In this document: positions 32,001 to 47,000 of the stretch, piece after piece | How the letters are laid out: the number at the start of each line of letters is the position of its first letter | Numbering within the stretch: the first letter of the stretch is position 1 | Assembly (NCBI RefSeq): GCF_964204645.1 | Contig: NC_134025.1 | Coordinates: 19,815,101-19,879,100 of the forward strand | Origin: Tubulanus polymorphus | Taxonomy: Eukaryota > Animalia > Nemertea | Length of the DNA: 64,000 nt | Reading direction: 5' to 3' | The notes under the pieces: generated by a model | The model's input: only the letters and a program-made list of their open reading frames with translations | Told to the model about the DNA's origin: nothing | Database searches by the model: none | Made by a program: the position numbers and the translations under genes

Positions 32001-35000
32001 AATATGCCTAGTTACCGATATGATATGGAACTACTAAGTTATTCTACTATTCAACACCCCCTGGTGACCATATAGATTAACTAATGTCTTTGAAACTCTT
32101 GAAATCATAGACCATGTCATGAGCTACAACTGCTTTCCAATTAATTGTGGTAACAAAATATGCATAGGTACGAATGTAATATAGAAATACTAAGTTATGC
32201 ATTGTTCAACGCCCCCTGGTGGCCATATGCAAAAAAATGACCTTGAAACTCACCACGATCATAGACCATGTCATGACCTACACCTTTCCAATTGATTGTA
32301 GTAACAAAATATGCATAGGTACAAATATAATATAGAAAAACTAAGTAATTGTATTTTTCAACGCCCCCTGGTGGCCATATACAACTAGGGGTCCAGGGAC
32401 ACCATGCCTACTTGAGAAGTGGTTTCATATGCTCAACAATCTAACAATTCCAATATTCAACGCCCCATCCAATGACCTTGAAAAATCCAATGACCTTGAA
32501 ACTCACCACGATCATAGATCATGTAATGAGCTACAACTTTCCAATTGATTGTGGTAGCAATATATGCATGGGTATGAGTATAATATAGAAATACTATGTT
32601 ATTGTATTATTCAATGCCCCCTGGTGGCCATATAAAAAAACCAATGACTTTGAAACTCACCACAATCATAGAACACATTATGAGCTACAACTTGGTATCA
32701 AATGCTTAAGTATCAGCATAATGTGGAAAAACTTTTTCCACCTATGAGTACTGATGACACCAAGATGGCCGCCAATTGCGTCATAATTGCCTGATCAAAT
32801 ATACCTGTCTCGGGTATAAGAGATCCCTTTCCAAAGAATACCCATCACAAATTGCAATGAAAAATGCAAACCAGTAGGAAGCTACAGGACTCAGAATTCA
32901 GGCCATAATTGCCATTTTTGGGCACAAAAAAGGTAATTGATCAAAGCTTCTTCAAAATTTCCCGCAAGAAGTTCAAAAATGGGTAAAAAGTGATTTTAGC
33001 GAACAACAATATTTGCCAGTCTGCCATCTTGAATCTGACAGGGCCAGTTTTTGGACTGAAGATATGTCTAGGGTAGATACATGTATAAACCAAATATCAA
33101 GACATTACCAGGAAGCGTCTTCACAACTTCCCTAAATAACTGGATTCCGTCTAGGGACGGCCGAACGACGACCGAAAAGTGAAGGCAATAGCCCGCTGGG
33201 ACTTAAGTCCCAAGTGGGCTTAAAATATGCGCTGAATCAATCCGGAATTTTCATTAGAATATCAGACACTAGGTACCTTTCTTTAAAGGTTTATTTGTTG
33301 TATGTCATTAACAATCAGTTATATGATACTTTATGCATAACTTTGAAGCGACGCGCCGTTAGCGAACGCTCAACAAGGTCAGTCATGTAGGCCAACGATA
33401 ACACGAAACAGACCATGGTTTTCCCGGTTTAAGAGCATCTCTCCACATGAATTACAGGGACTTTAATGGACCATTTGTTGACACTAACCTTTAATAAATT
33501 TCGTATGGATACAATCAAGATAATTCCATTGATTCTGACAGGGCTAGTTTTTGGGCTGAAGATGTGTCTAGGGTAGATTGAAACCCAAATATCAAGACAT
33601 TACATTGAAGCGTCTTCAAAATTTCCTAAAATAACTGGATTCCGTCTACGGCCAGACGGACGGACGAAAAGTGAACGCAATAGCTCACTGGGACTAAAGT
33701 CCCAAGTGGGCTAAAAATTACTTCAAAGAATATTCTTTTAATGCTTTTATTGCCGATCGTTTTTAATTGCAGGATATATGACATTAATTCGCATCGGGCT
33801 TCATGTTGCATTCACTGATCAGATGGCTGTAGCATAAATTCATACTAATCATAACCGGTATATGGCTATATGTTAATGACATGCAGATAGATACAATATA
33901 GGAAAATGACTTTAGGGAAAGGGTTAAATTAGAATGTAGATTAAGTCACTGTGTCATGCAGTAATGAAATGCATAAACTTGACAAAGTACCGTGGTTTAG
34001 TGCAAAGGTAAGTGCAATAACAGAACTTAAAAAGTACATGTACAGAATATTATACAGGTTGTCTCAAAAAATGTGTTACCGTAGCTTTAAGATTAATTAA
34101 TCAATTACTAATCGAAATAAATATATTGGGGAGTAAGGTTGGTAGACCTGGATGTTTTCTCGAGGATGGAATATTGATATCCAAAAATAAGTCATGCATG
34201 GCTGAGGACTACTATGATTTTGAATGGCCCTCAAAATGGAGTCAACATTCCGAGCAAACATCCAGATCTACCAACCTTACCCCTCAAGAAATCTATATTT
34301 CAATTATAGTTATGAATAATCAATCTTTTAAGTTGGTACACACACATAGGAGACACCCAGCAGTTCACAATTCACTGCATTTTTTACTATAAAAGCCTCG
34401 TCCATATTAGAGAAAAGATACCATGATTTGCGTGCATACATCAAGAAAAAGATGTGCATACTAATGCGGCAGCAGGTTCTACTTCATGGATAGATTTTAA
34501 TAAAATCTCATAAGAGATCTTTCGTAAAAAGAGATTCCAGAAAAAAAACTACATTTGAAATTTTATGAAACCAATGGTGAAAATAATCCCAAGGCAAGAC
34601 ATTTGATGGGATGAACTTAGAACTAGGCCTATAGTGTAAACATGTTCAAATCATCAGATATCAAAAATCTAGCGTAGACGTGGCTACATTAATTATGACA
34701 GAACAACAGAGTATATGGTATTACCAATGTTCCATTCGTATCCGTTATATCTTTACTCTGTTAACATCAAAAAGATAATTGCAGTGAAAATAATGAAACA
34801 AGCATAATGCCTAGTATCCCTCATCACTATGGCGTAAACATAAATAGGATATCAACTAGAAATGATGTTTCGGGTTAGAAACATTTTCGGTTGAAGACAC
34901 TCAGTGACAGTTACGAACTCTACCGTTCAACAACAGACCACTGCCACGCGAGAACGAAGCTTGAACGCCGATACTCGAGGTCACAGTCTACGTTCCTCCT

Positions 35001-38000
35001 AGTTGCCGCTCCAATCCATAGCCACTCTGTTGTGTAGTCGCCTCATCAACATACCTTAACATCACATTGCAGGGCAAGTATGAAGTAGGGTCAACAAGGC
35101 AATACCCAAGAGAGGCAGGATCGGACGGAATAAATCGCATCGACTCCAGCGTTCGATTTCAAGTATATACTACACAATGTTGGTCAACCAGTACGGTGTT
35201 TTTTAATGCAAATTAGTATTGTTTAAAATTCATCTGCACATCGATACAAACGTTTTTTTCGTCAAGATGACCCCGGGCGTATGCAAAATTAATCTTTTTC
35301 TATCAATAGATTATACTTTATCTAAAGATTAACTGCTTTGTTGATTTTGGTGAGCTACACGTGTTACTAAAAAGATGGCGCTATGATCGCAGCTCCACAG
35401 TAAATATTGCAAACTACCCCGCGCATCAACATGGAATTTTCAGCACAGTACAAGATGCTTATTAATCTTTCTCATCTTTCTCTGAATCTTAGTTAGAGTA
35501 AATCGGAATTTCGGAACACACAAATCTTAGCTGCCTACGCACATGATAAGTGCTGTTTTATGTCCTTGCCCAGGCCTCATATCATAACCAAATATACGTT
35601 GTTGATTTAAATTTCATCAAAAAATATTTTTTTAGGCCTACGATATACAATACAACAAGTAGCGGCACATCTCAACGAGTAAGAATTCTTTTTTTAGAAA
35701 GGCCGATCACCACAGCCATATCGGTGCGCAAAAGTCAAGGGATATCCTGATATGACATCAGGCTGGAAAATAATAATTTTTCTACAGAATTCCTTCAATT
35801 TCTTCTTTCAGAAATAAATTCATTCTTTCTTTTAACAAACTCAGGAAAGCGCAACAAATTTGGTTTGATTCAAGAATAAGTATATATAGCTCCATTTTAG
35901 TCATTTACTTTCAATGCTTGTCAGCCATCTTGAAAGGTTGAACCTTCAAAATCCTCCCTATCCCTATATGATGCAACAACATCTAACAAAATGTCAAAAG
36001 ATTTCATTGGCTAGTTCAGCCTGTATCTTCTCTACATGATCAAACAAAATGTCATAAAATTTTGATATATTTCATCTACTGGCTTTGCCTGTATCAAGTG
36101 CAACAAAAATGGCTGCCGATAAACCATCTTGAAAGGTAGAACCTCCAAAATCAATAAGATTCTACCCTACATGATCTGAAGATTTCTTCCACTAGTTCAG
36201 CCTGTATCCTGCTTATGAGGATGTTTGCCAGAAATAACTACTAAGAAACAAAGATGGTCACCAGTCAATCATCTTAAAAGCCTGAACATCCAAATTAATA
36301 GGGTTCTTCCCTACATGATGAGTTCAGTGGCATTAAATGGATAGACGGAGAGTTAAGTCCCCTTTTCCCTCCATAGAGCAACGGGGACAAAAATAGTTAT
36401 TCATTACCACTAGCAGCAATGAAACATGGTATTTCTATTAATTTGTTTGATGTATTTAAAATTTTTTTAAATGAATATCCAAATTGCTGTGATTAATATT
36501 TTAGCAAATGCCACTCTTAAGTGAAAGGATAATTAGGAAATAAACAATTAGAAATTAACCAGTTACCCGTTCTTCAAGCTGATGCCACTGAGGTACTGGG
36601 TCCTTGAATTCGAAATAGTCCATGTTGATCGTAACTTCACCAAGGAAAGCATTTCGTCCAAGTCTGTCATTATGCCACACGGAAATCCACAGCGTTCTAC
36701 TTTCCAATTCACTCTTCGTAATATTGTACTGAAATTCACACTTACAATTATATGTAAAACTAGGTTTAGCGATGGTTTAGCACAGAAATTTGCCTGTGTG
36801 GATGCTTGGCCTGTTCAACATTGGAACAAACTAAATTTAGACTGTTCTTAACCATTCTGAGACTAGGTCCATGGACCTTAATACATAACTCATTATTCAT
36901 GCTGTGACCTCATATGAATATTGCTTCTTGTGAGAATCAACCAAGATCGTGCATGAATTTTCAACCGACTTGCTGCTACGTATTTTTAGTATTAATCAAC
37001 AAAATCGTTACTATTTCAAAAATGAATCATTTCATCAATTCCAAAAAGCAACATTTTTTAAGGTTTCAGTGCATGTCATCTAGAGACTAACAGAAGACAT
37101 GTTCCTGCCGCAATTTTTTCACAGAAGATTATAATAGGTCACACGTATTGTTACATGCGTCATTATTTCCTTCATGGGCAATATGATGCGCTGTTACGTT
37201 ATGTTTATTACTTCTATACATGCGAGGTCCAGTTCAACAGAACCAATATCTGACCATGACAACTTCTTATAATCATATTAATTACACTCAAATCTTGAAA
37301 AGCTTTCGTGGACCCGATGTAACCACTCCTTACACCTCATAATTGAGTGAATCATATTTTCGATCTTTCAAATTTCATAATTCAATTAATTGCTCAATTT
37401 TATTGAGTATGATACGTACAGAAATAAAGATATTCACTAACCTTCAACTGTTCATCATACACTGGATTAATGGTATGCTTTTTGACACGGGTTTTTCGTT
37501 TACTATTCCGCGTCTTATCTGGAAGCAAGTAGCATTTCACATACCTATAAGAAAAGAGATTACTTTAAAAAGGCTGCTTTTTCACTGTGATATACATTGC
37601 TCTGCGAGCAAGTCCCCTCCATGAAACATATATCATAGGCTATAAATTATCTAAATAATTTTTTTTGGGGTTAGGTTATATCTGGTTCTCTTACTTTTCT
37701 TAATAAAATTCATAAAGCCATTAGGCTTTATGAATTTTATTAAGAAAAGTACGATAATTAGCAACAATGCTTACTGCCATGTACATTATTTCAGCACATG
37801 GAGGAGGTTTTTAACCCATCAATAGCCAAAAATCCCTGTCACCGTTGCTCGGCACATCTGTACTGTTACCTGCATTTACAATATCGGATAATACCGTTAA
37901 AATGGAAATGTTATTTTGTATTTTCATCTTGGAAATACAACCTATACTCTAGACTTTATATTGTGGTTTAATCTTAAATCTAAACCATGTTCGATAATGA

Positions 38001-41000
38001 TTCTGTCCACATGAAACTGAACTTTCTTGGTACAGTTAATTGTTCAGGGCATACATGCAAGCGATGCTTCATCTGTGAATGGGTAGCTGGCGCTACTATG
38101 TGTAAGATGGTTAGTTCAGACCACATGTCTGAGTAAAAAAAAATATGGCATCACACGATTCATTGTGAAGACAATCGAATTGAGGATAGTTTTTACCGAA
38201 ACCAGTGTTTCGTGTGTCAGAGCAATGCACACAGTCACGAAACCAGCCATAAAAGCATTCCTGTTTCATCGTTTGGGTTTATGTCTCGCTGTACGTTCGG
38301 CTTTACACAACTAAATCTTCACCATCTAAGAACTTGGTCGAAAGCATATTCAATACCTAATCTCACCAAAGCACAGCCTACAAAGACTCTTGGTTTGACT
38401 TAAATATGGCTGAATCAATACAATGCCTCTGATAATTACATAGATTGCCTCAGTCTTTGAAAAACATCCAAATAAAAAGTAAACACGCTCCCTTACATTA
38501 CTTGTTGTACGTACACACACCCACGCATCCATAGAAGAACAGTACATACAGGGTATTAACCGACTAATGCTGAAGCTTATCTTCATTTTTCTCTCATTTA
38601 CTCCTCTGAACATCAAAATTGGAATAGCCCAAGGATTATTTCTTTGAGCTCTACATATTTGTGATCAAATGTTTTTAGATAGAGAAATCAAACATATAAG
38701 ATCTGCTCTCAAGAAACTAGCCTATCCAGACAAAATTTTGAATAAAACTTATTTCAAAGCCCGAATTTCTCACTTAGGACGAAATGACCTGACCACAAAA
38801 CACAGAGCTCAAACGAATATTATAATCCTGTATTTACCTACTTTGGAATGCTTTAAATCCACATTAAGCACTATTGACACTTGATTAGTTTTTCAATATA
38901 ATAACAAACTCACCAATGTTTTAACCAAAAACAAACCGACAGTGAGCTAATAATATTGAGTCTAGGGTCTATAAGGCGTAAAGGCTGTAATATGATGTAC
39001 ATTGGTGAAACGGGACGTTTTCTTAATCAGCGTATCAAAGAACACAGAATAGATATCCGCAACCAAAAGCCTGAGAGTGGGATAGCGAATCATGTCTTTA
39101 CAACCAAGCACCAATTTGACTTTCAGAATTGAAACTTATCTATCCTTGTAAAGACATTCATAAGACTCTCATATTTGAATCAGCCCTAATATGTAAACTT
39201 TCAAAATCCAATTGATTTACTAATTTAAATACTGGTTTTTCTCCACATGAGAAAATGAGGATTGTTCCATTGTGTGCGTTTATTGATAGATAACCACCTG
39301 CCATTTCATTACAATTAAATCAACTTTATCATATTTAGACAAATTTATCCTTGATAAAATCATTGGCCCTCTTTACTAATTAAGCTGCTCCGGAACTTGT
39401 TCAATATGGTAACCATTTTCACAGTACACTTACGCTCAACATCTCATTTCCTTCAGATTTTTGACAGTTAAGATTCAGTATTTTTTTCAAAATCTGTCAC
39501 TTTACGAACACTTAAGTCCTTGATTCACGCTGGTGCTGTTTTGAATACCTTAGTTTTTACAATTCCCCACAGATCAGATGTCTATTGCAGGTATCATTTT
39601 AAGAGTAAATGCTGTCAAAATAGAATATTGTGCAAAAGTTATTTTCAAATGTGATAAATTCACAAATATCAAATATGCAACTGGTTTGAATTTTAGTTCA
39701 GCAATTAGTGAGAAATATGACTTTTAAATAAACACGTGCTCACTGTTATTATTTATGTTAGCAGGTGCTATCTCTGACAAGCGCTCACAGCTACGAGTAA
39801 TTTCACAAGACATTTCATAGGATATTTAATCATTTTAGAAGTGTCTTTGAATTTTATAATTGTATACCATTGCTACAGTTGGATATGACATTCAGAAGCG
39901 CTATATACAGTGAACAAACAAATGTTTATGTGATTGATTATACATAGGCAACACTACTAGCCGCACACGTACTTGTGTTGATTGTCATAGATAACATCAT
40001 AAATAGCACCACTGCAGGTAGTATGTGAACTATACCACAAAGTGAAGGATAACTAAATGACTCATTTATATCTAATTAGAGATACGTTTTTTCGATCAGA
40101 CAGATCTCAGGTCGTTATATATACATATCTAAATTTCTTCTTGTTAAAAAAATGCAGAAAGTACAATTTTGATAGCATTTGCCATTTGAAATAAATGTAC
40201 ACAATGGAACAATCCTTATACATTTCTTGTTTTGGTTCAAGTCCATTTTCATGGCCATTCAAAAAATACCGTAGTGCTCAGCAGCCACCATGTTTCTTCC
40301 CAGTTGCTACTACGAGTTATCTCAATAGTTTACACAGTTACATAGCCATTGTTCACAATTGACCAATGAGCATTTAGAAATAAGCAGAGTTTGATCACAT
40401 TTTCAGCCAATCAGGATCTGTGCCATTCCGATTTCCACAGCGCAAATATCAAACAAGTGAATGAGAAGGAAACAATTCCTTTATTCTCTCATTGACGATT
40501 AGAAGAGTAACCGCTTGTACACGCTTGAAATCTTCGAGTTTTTGGTGCTTCCATAATTTAAATAGGATTGTTAGACTTCAGATCAATAAATACAGTATAT
40601 TACATGGAAAAATCAGACCTGCGTGTAGCGTGACCATTGAATATTTTAGTTCTTCCGTGTGACCTATTACTTGGATAAACCTTGTTTCATTATTACTATG
40701 CACATGCACAGTGAACCATCCACCAGTACCGAATGACGTATAATGACTATCAGAACCTGAATGGATTTTGGTCATTTGCAATTCGTTGAAATCATGGCTC
40801 CATCCTATTTCAATTTGAGATAACTGTGACTTACGGATCGGTTCTGCGACGTTTCTCATCTACCAGTGCCAGACCACGGCACTGCTTAATGTTTATGATG
40901 AAAACGCCTGTCTTGTAATTATAATCCAAACTGAACAAGATTTCTCCTTCAACTGGAATCGTTCCGTACAACCCTTCACCGGCATCGCTGTAGAAACTGT

Positions 41001-44000
41001 AAACGCTTTCACGACTTCCCTAAATGGAAAATAAAGAGAATTGCATTACTAAGAGAAATCACTCATTAGTCTTCCGTGTCAGGTATCCAGGATCTGGTGG
41101 AATAGTTTCAGCAAGGTTCACAATATAATTCTTTCATTCCGTAAATCTTTAAAGGCGCTTTTACAATGGAGATCTTTGCGTTGAATTGATAATGTTTGTA
41201 GTCATTATGAATCACTTATAGATAAGGATTACTGTGTCAATATTAATTATCAATTTGTGATGTATATCAATGTTATCAATTAATTGTATGTAACTGAATG
41301 ATAATACAACATCAAAAATAAATAATTCTGTACCTGTTAATAAAAAAAAACTATTCTAAATGTAACATTCATATGCTATTAGTTGCTTCTAGAACACAAA
41401 AGTGCTTGACACAATATCCATTCTAAATCAGTCACATCCTTGTGTAATTATGAATCATCTTAATTTCATAGTATTTTAGGCAATTCTTAGAAGAAAGTCC
41501 CACACTTAGAACTAAAATCAGGTGTGAAATGTATATTGAAGTACCAGGGAAGTGGTTTATTCAACGTTTTGACAATATTGCAATACATGTACACATGTAT
41601 TTATCTTCAGGAATATAATGAGATTTTCTATATTATCATCACAACACCGACAGTGTTTAATCAATGGTTATAAGGCTCATCAATCAAATGTCCCAGAAAT
41701 GAATTATGGCTCATTTTCAGATACGCAGATTTAATTCATATAAATTTTACTTGAATGTTCAATAGATTAGAACCAGGCAATTCCAGACTTGGTCGTTATG
41801 TGGTAATGTTGCAGAAACAAAGGTTCTCAGTAAATGCAAAAATAGTTAACAATGAAATTGACATATACCATTAACCTTAAACGTAGGAGCAGTGTTTCAA
41901 GAGAAAAAAGTTTACGACAGAAATTACAACAATCGTCTTAATCAAACATGTATGTGCTGATAAAATGACATAATGTGAAAACTTTAAAGCTGTTGATGTG
42001 CCATGGTATTCTTGCAAATATGGTTCGCATGAGGCTTAATTAATGGATCCAATTTACAGTTGGTTTCAAACCACATTTCTAAGAATATCGTTTATTATAG
42101 GAAATTCTGTCACACTAGATCTTTCAGGTTCACCTGGAAAATCAGCATGTATTAATGTGCCCTACCTGTGAACTGCTGTTTCCTAAACTCTGTAACCCAA
42201 CATAAGAAAGAATTCTTCATTCATTCAATTAATACCACAAAACGCTATTGAATATTCGATTCACTGAATTCATTCAAATAAACTACATGCACCAAATTAG
42301 TTAGTGTGTACAGTACGATTAAAAGTAGGATATCCTTGACTCAGCTATATGCATATGTAGAATGTAGGTAAAAATGTCAGGGGAAAATGTTTCAGGGAAA
42401 AAATGTCTCCGGAAAAATGTCCCAGTTTTTCAGGGCCCTTTTTTTCTGGGACATTTCTACCGTATACTGCATATGTCAGTCAACCTCTGCAGTCCTGATC
42501 CATTTGAGAATAAGGTAGTAAAATCTGAATGTATATGACTAATGACTGAGTCAGATCTCATCAGATGAACTCGATAAATTTGCTTGGTCAAAATGATAAA
42601 TATAGCATATTTTCTTATGTTTGACTTGGATAAAAAATCAGAAGACATCATTTTGAATTATCAACCGCAGGAAGATTTACCAACAGATAACCATGGACGT
42701 ATAAATACGTCCATGAGCTTACAGAGATATCAATCAATAGATAGTGTCAGCAAAACATGAAACAAGTGACCCAATATAGACACCTTCTTGCTGACAATGT
42801 CAGAAAACCAACTATAATAGGCAAACAGGCTTTCTACATGGTTGCGAAATACAATACAAAACTGTCAACCTAGCCATGTTTCTGACCATGACCATGGACT
42901 CGCATGTGATCTAGAGTCTATTGACATAACCGTCACTCAGCATGTCTTTGGCAGCCAGCCAGTGTTTTCACTTCGGGCACATTTTGAAATGCATAACAAA
43001 AATACGTATATACATGTTACATGTTAACATAATTATGTGATAATAGGACATGTTAAAGAAAGGATCAAATATTGTGTTGATTTTTATTCTATAATTTGTG
43101 GAGAAATCTATCTATTTCATGTTTTCATCATTATATTTACGTACAAAATAAAAACAGCATGAAAAGTATGTATACTCCATTACAATAAATAATACCAAAA
43201 TCTTCCAGATACTTATAACTCAGAATATGGGTAAGTTGGACAACAATTGTAGTCCCAAGTAATCCGTTTTAAACACTCTACAAATGCCGTACAATTATAT
43301 CAGCTAGTTATTTCTACTTTTAATCACCTTGCGTAATTTTGCTCGACCATCACGTAGTTTTTGTTCAAATCTCTGCAGGAAAATATTCGATTGTTGGTTA
43401 TCAGGTTTAAGAGTATTCCTGACATTTCCCAGTTCAACTTCAGGTTTCTGTGAACTGCTGCTATTATCGGTGACCTCTACCTGTTCACCACACTGATGAT
43501 CTAATTGCAATAGTTCATCATTATCTTCCTCACAGTCGCTATTATCTCTATCAAATTCTAATCTAAGAACCGACCTTAACACCAAACGTTTTGTATTATT
43601 ATTCCATCTGTAGTGATTGTTCTTGTCATTGTATTTTTTCCTCATTTTGTGCACAACAGACTTAGTAAGTTATGGAATGTTTTAGGTCTACACTATTCTG
43701 TAGATTCTGTTAGTTTGTATGGGACACAAAACATGGTCACAGTTGGCATGTCTCGTGCAAAGGTCACGTGCAGTAATTTGCTGGTTAGTTCATTTTCTTG
43801 TCGAAATCACCATGAACAGTTACATCGATAAAGTAATTTGTTGTTAAAGTGTTTATTCGATGCAAAAGTAAGAAAATAAAACATAACATTATATGCAATG
43901 CATTTTTAATTGGAAAATATTTGAAAAACTTTTCGTTTGATTCCAATTCCAATTAAAAACACATGTTAGGATATGTGCTTTGAATACTGCCACCGCACCT

Positions 44001-47000
44001 GTTTGTTAATTGTGGATTAGAAAAATCTATACATATGTGCAATCACATACCCGCAGACTAAGTCTGTCCAAGAAAATGGTCGGACTCTGAAAAAAATTTA
44101 ATAGAACAATCCTAACAAATGGAAAATAACAAAGCAAACAGAAGGCTTATTTCCTGTGAAGTGAAATAAATACGATAATAAACAAACGAATAGATAAAAC
44201 TTATCAAGAATATAAAGAGAGATATAACTTTAAACCAGTATGCTATTTTACTGTGATTGTATATATTCATGGCAAATTCCATAGATAGATCAACAAATTT
44301 ATTGATACTATCTTTTTATATTAGAAAAGCAAAATACAAACATTTAAGTATTCGGAAAAAGAAATGGTTATTAAAACAATAATTAATTTAACTGAATTGT
44401 CTTTACTTTATGAATCAATGGGGCTTGTTTACGCTACTATGGTAAGTGACAAATCTATCAGGTTTCCTAGCAGATGACCGGTTATCCACATTAAAATTCC
44501 TTTTTCAATTCAAATTGAACCAAATTTTCTCTACAAGTAAATCCAAACACTCATTAAGGCCAGTTTCAACAAGACATATTCAAGTTTAAGAAAATCAATT
44601 CCAAATCACAACCTTTCTATTGGCCTCCTATCAGGTGTACAGAATATGCTATTTCTGAATTTGTGAAAGGTATTCTGCTCTAATGAACATGCCAAAAGAA
44701 TATTCCAATATTGGTAGAGCCGAATTGTAACCTGTCTCAAGAAGTCAACCTTTAATCTTAAAGGAGGCTCATACAAAACATTTGGTTTCAGAAGATATCA
44801 AAAATTCAGTTCAAATTGAGTGAACATGGACTAATTTTAAGAAGGTTTAATTAAAATCGACTGTTCGTCAAGCCATCTGGTATGATTGCAGGATTTAGGC
44901 AAGCCCCATTGATTTCAATGCAAACACACTTTACTTGTTTCATAGTGAGAATGGTAAGCTTAAAGCAAATAACAGAACAGCGAAATACCAAAAACCAGTC
45001 TGCATATGTTATAAAAGGTACTTGTGGGTATAGTGTACTCACAAGCAGACTTAGTTTGGATTGTGAAAATTTAGATAATGCAAGAGGAGCAGGGGCATCA
45101 TCTGTCTCCTCGCTATACTGGCCATTATCATCTTCGTCATCATCATCATCGCTATCATCTTCACCCTAAACAATAAATATATACAGGACACTCTAACGCC
45201 CAAGTAAAGGGAGGACTTTAATCATGCCACGAAGCAAAGGGAGGCGAGTTTCGCCAAATAATAAAGCATGAATGGGATATCAGCACAGCCTCTGTGGGAG
45301 TTGAGGATTCTGCAAGGTTTTTAACCCTGTTATCTACATTCCATTTTTCCTACATTTCGATTAAAATCAAAAACTGAGTGAACAGTCTCATTTTGGTGGC
45401 TCCCATAATAATTGTTGCTTTCCAGAGCCTACTAATCTGTTTCAAATTTGAATGAAAATGGACGAATTATGAACATTTAAAACTGTCTCGTCACATGCAA
45501 ATCCGGTGATATGCCAGTGCTCCATTCATTCCTAATGCGTAACATAATTCAGCTCGTGAATCTGGCTTGCAAAGTAGTAAAACTGGCCCTAATGTCTGGT
45601 TTCACAAAAACATTTAAGCTGAAAATCATTAAGCCTCAATCACTGTATCTATTGAAAACTTACTATATCATTGAAAAGTAGACAAAAAGTTATTTAAAAA
45701 AAAACTTTTTCATGAAACGGGATGGAGCACAATATCTCAGTTAAGGTAAAGGCTTTCCAAGGAAAACAAATACCACATTGAAACCACTTTATATTCATAT
45801 TTTGAGGATAAACGGATGGGTAAGTTAAGTTTAGAAAATATACATTTACAGCAGAAACCTAGATAATGAAAGAATCAATTCATAAATAGAAGTAAAATCC
45901 AGACAACATACATAACCAGGAAGAAATTATCTAACTGGGATTAGCAGAATCGTAGAAAAGCCCGTTAAACAGCACTTCAAAAATTGTTTACTAACCACTC
46001 ATTCCAATAAAACCTATTTGTATAGGGCACCTAGGAAAAAAGCAATAGAATATTTCTAACATCAAGGGAACTTACTAGAATGTGCCAATGCCAGGGTAAG
46101 CAGACAGCAATGGGGCAAGAAATTGAAGACGGGTATTGCATACTTCATAAAAAAGCATAGTTCTTTTAATTGTTCATCATTTTTGTAAAAAATGGTTGCC
46201 CACAGTAGAAGAGGCTTAACTTTCAGACCAAGTTTCATGGAAGTCCATCTAGAATTGAAGGCTGTATCATGCTAACAAGCAAATAAAGATGGCTGCCTTG
46301 GTGGCCATTGGTCAATACCCTCCATTTTCCATAGGATTTGACATCTCACCTACCCTAATCTTTACACAAATCCAGAATTGCACGCTGCTTACAGGAACTC
46401 CAAGATGGCTGTCCAACCAACAACATCCATTTGCAGGATTGAACACTCACCTGGCTGATTAATCCTCACACCAAGTTTCATAGAAATCGTGCCAGAATTA
46501 CAGGCTTATCATACTAACACAAAATTCAAGATGGCCACATTTTTGATATGACAATAACCTCCATTTTCAATAGGGGTGAATATTTCACCTGCCCCAATAC
46601 TTATACTAAGTTTCAGAGAAATCCATCAAGAATTGTTGGCCATTTCGTGCTAACAGGTCAAGAAAATAATGATAAAATAAATAATAAGATACCTCCCATA
46701 AATAGTGCTGTAACTGAAAAATATCATCTTTGATAAGAATAATGAAGATTTGGAAATGAAGGCCTTCATTGAATTACTTGAAAGAATGGATCAAGCACCC
46801 GGCATTCCACCAAAATCATATTAAACAGATATAGTTATTTTAGTCCTGTCTCATGTTTTGTTTCAACCAAAAAATTGTTTTTCTTGATGTTTCTATTTCA
46901 ATTGTTATAATTTGCAAAAGTCTTCTCTTGGTTCACAACTTTCACCTCTTTTTCCACAGTCCTTCAATGTAAGTGGAAACAAACTGAAATAAAATATTCT

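Noticed and set aside
38030-38240. CxxC-containing frames ([14 protein letters not shown]) suggesting a transposase Cys-rich tail
   Set aside because: Fragmentary, not in one open frame, and without supporting termini.
41556-41611. Minus-strand hammerhead-like CTGAAGA...AAAACGTTGAATAAA
   Set aside because: The required GAAA is AAAA and stem II is poor; at best a dead PLE remnant.
42680-42720. Small palindrome catggacgta-taaa-tacgtccatg, with a similar one at ~55342
   Set aside because: The 10-bp arms are too short to assign; probably a tiny repeat remnant.
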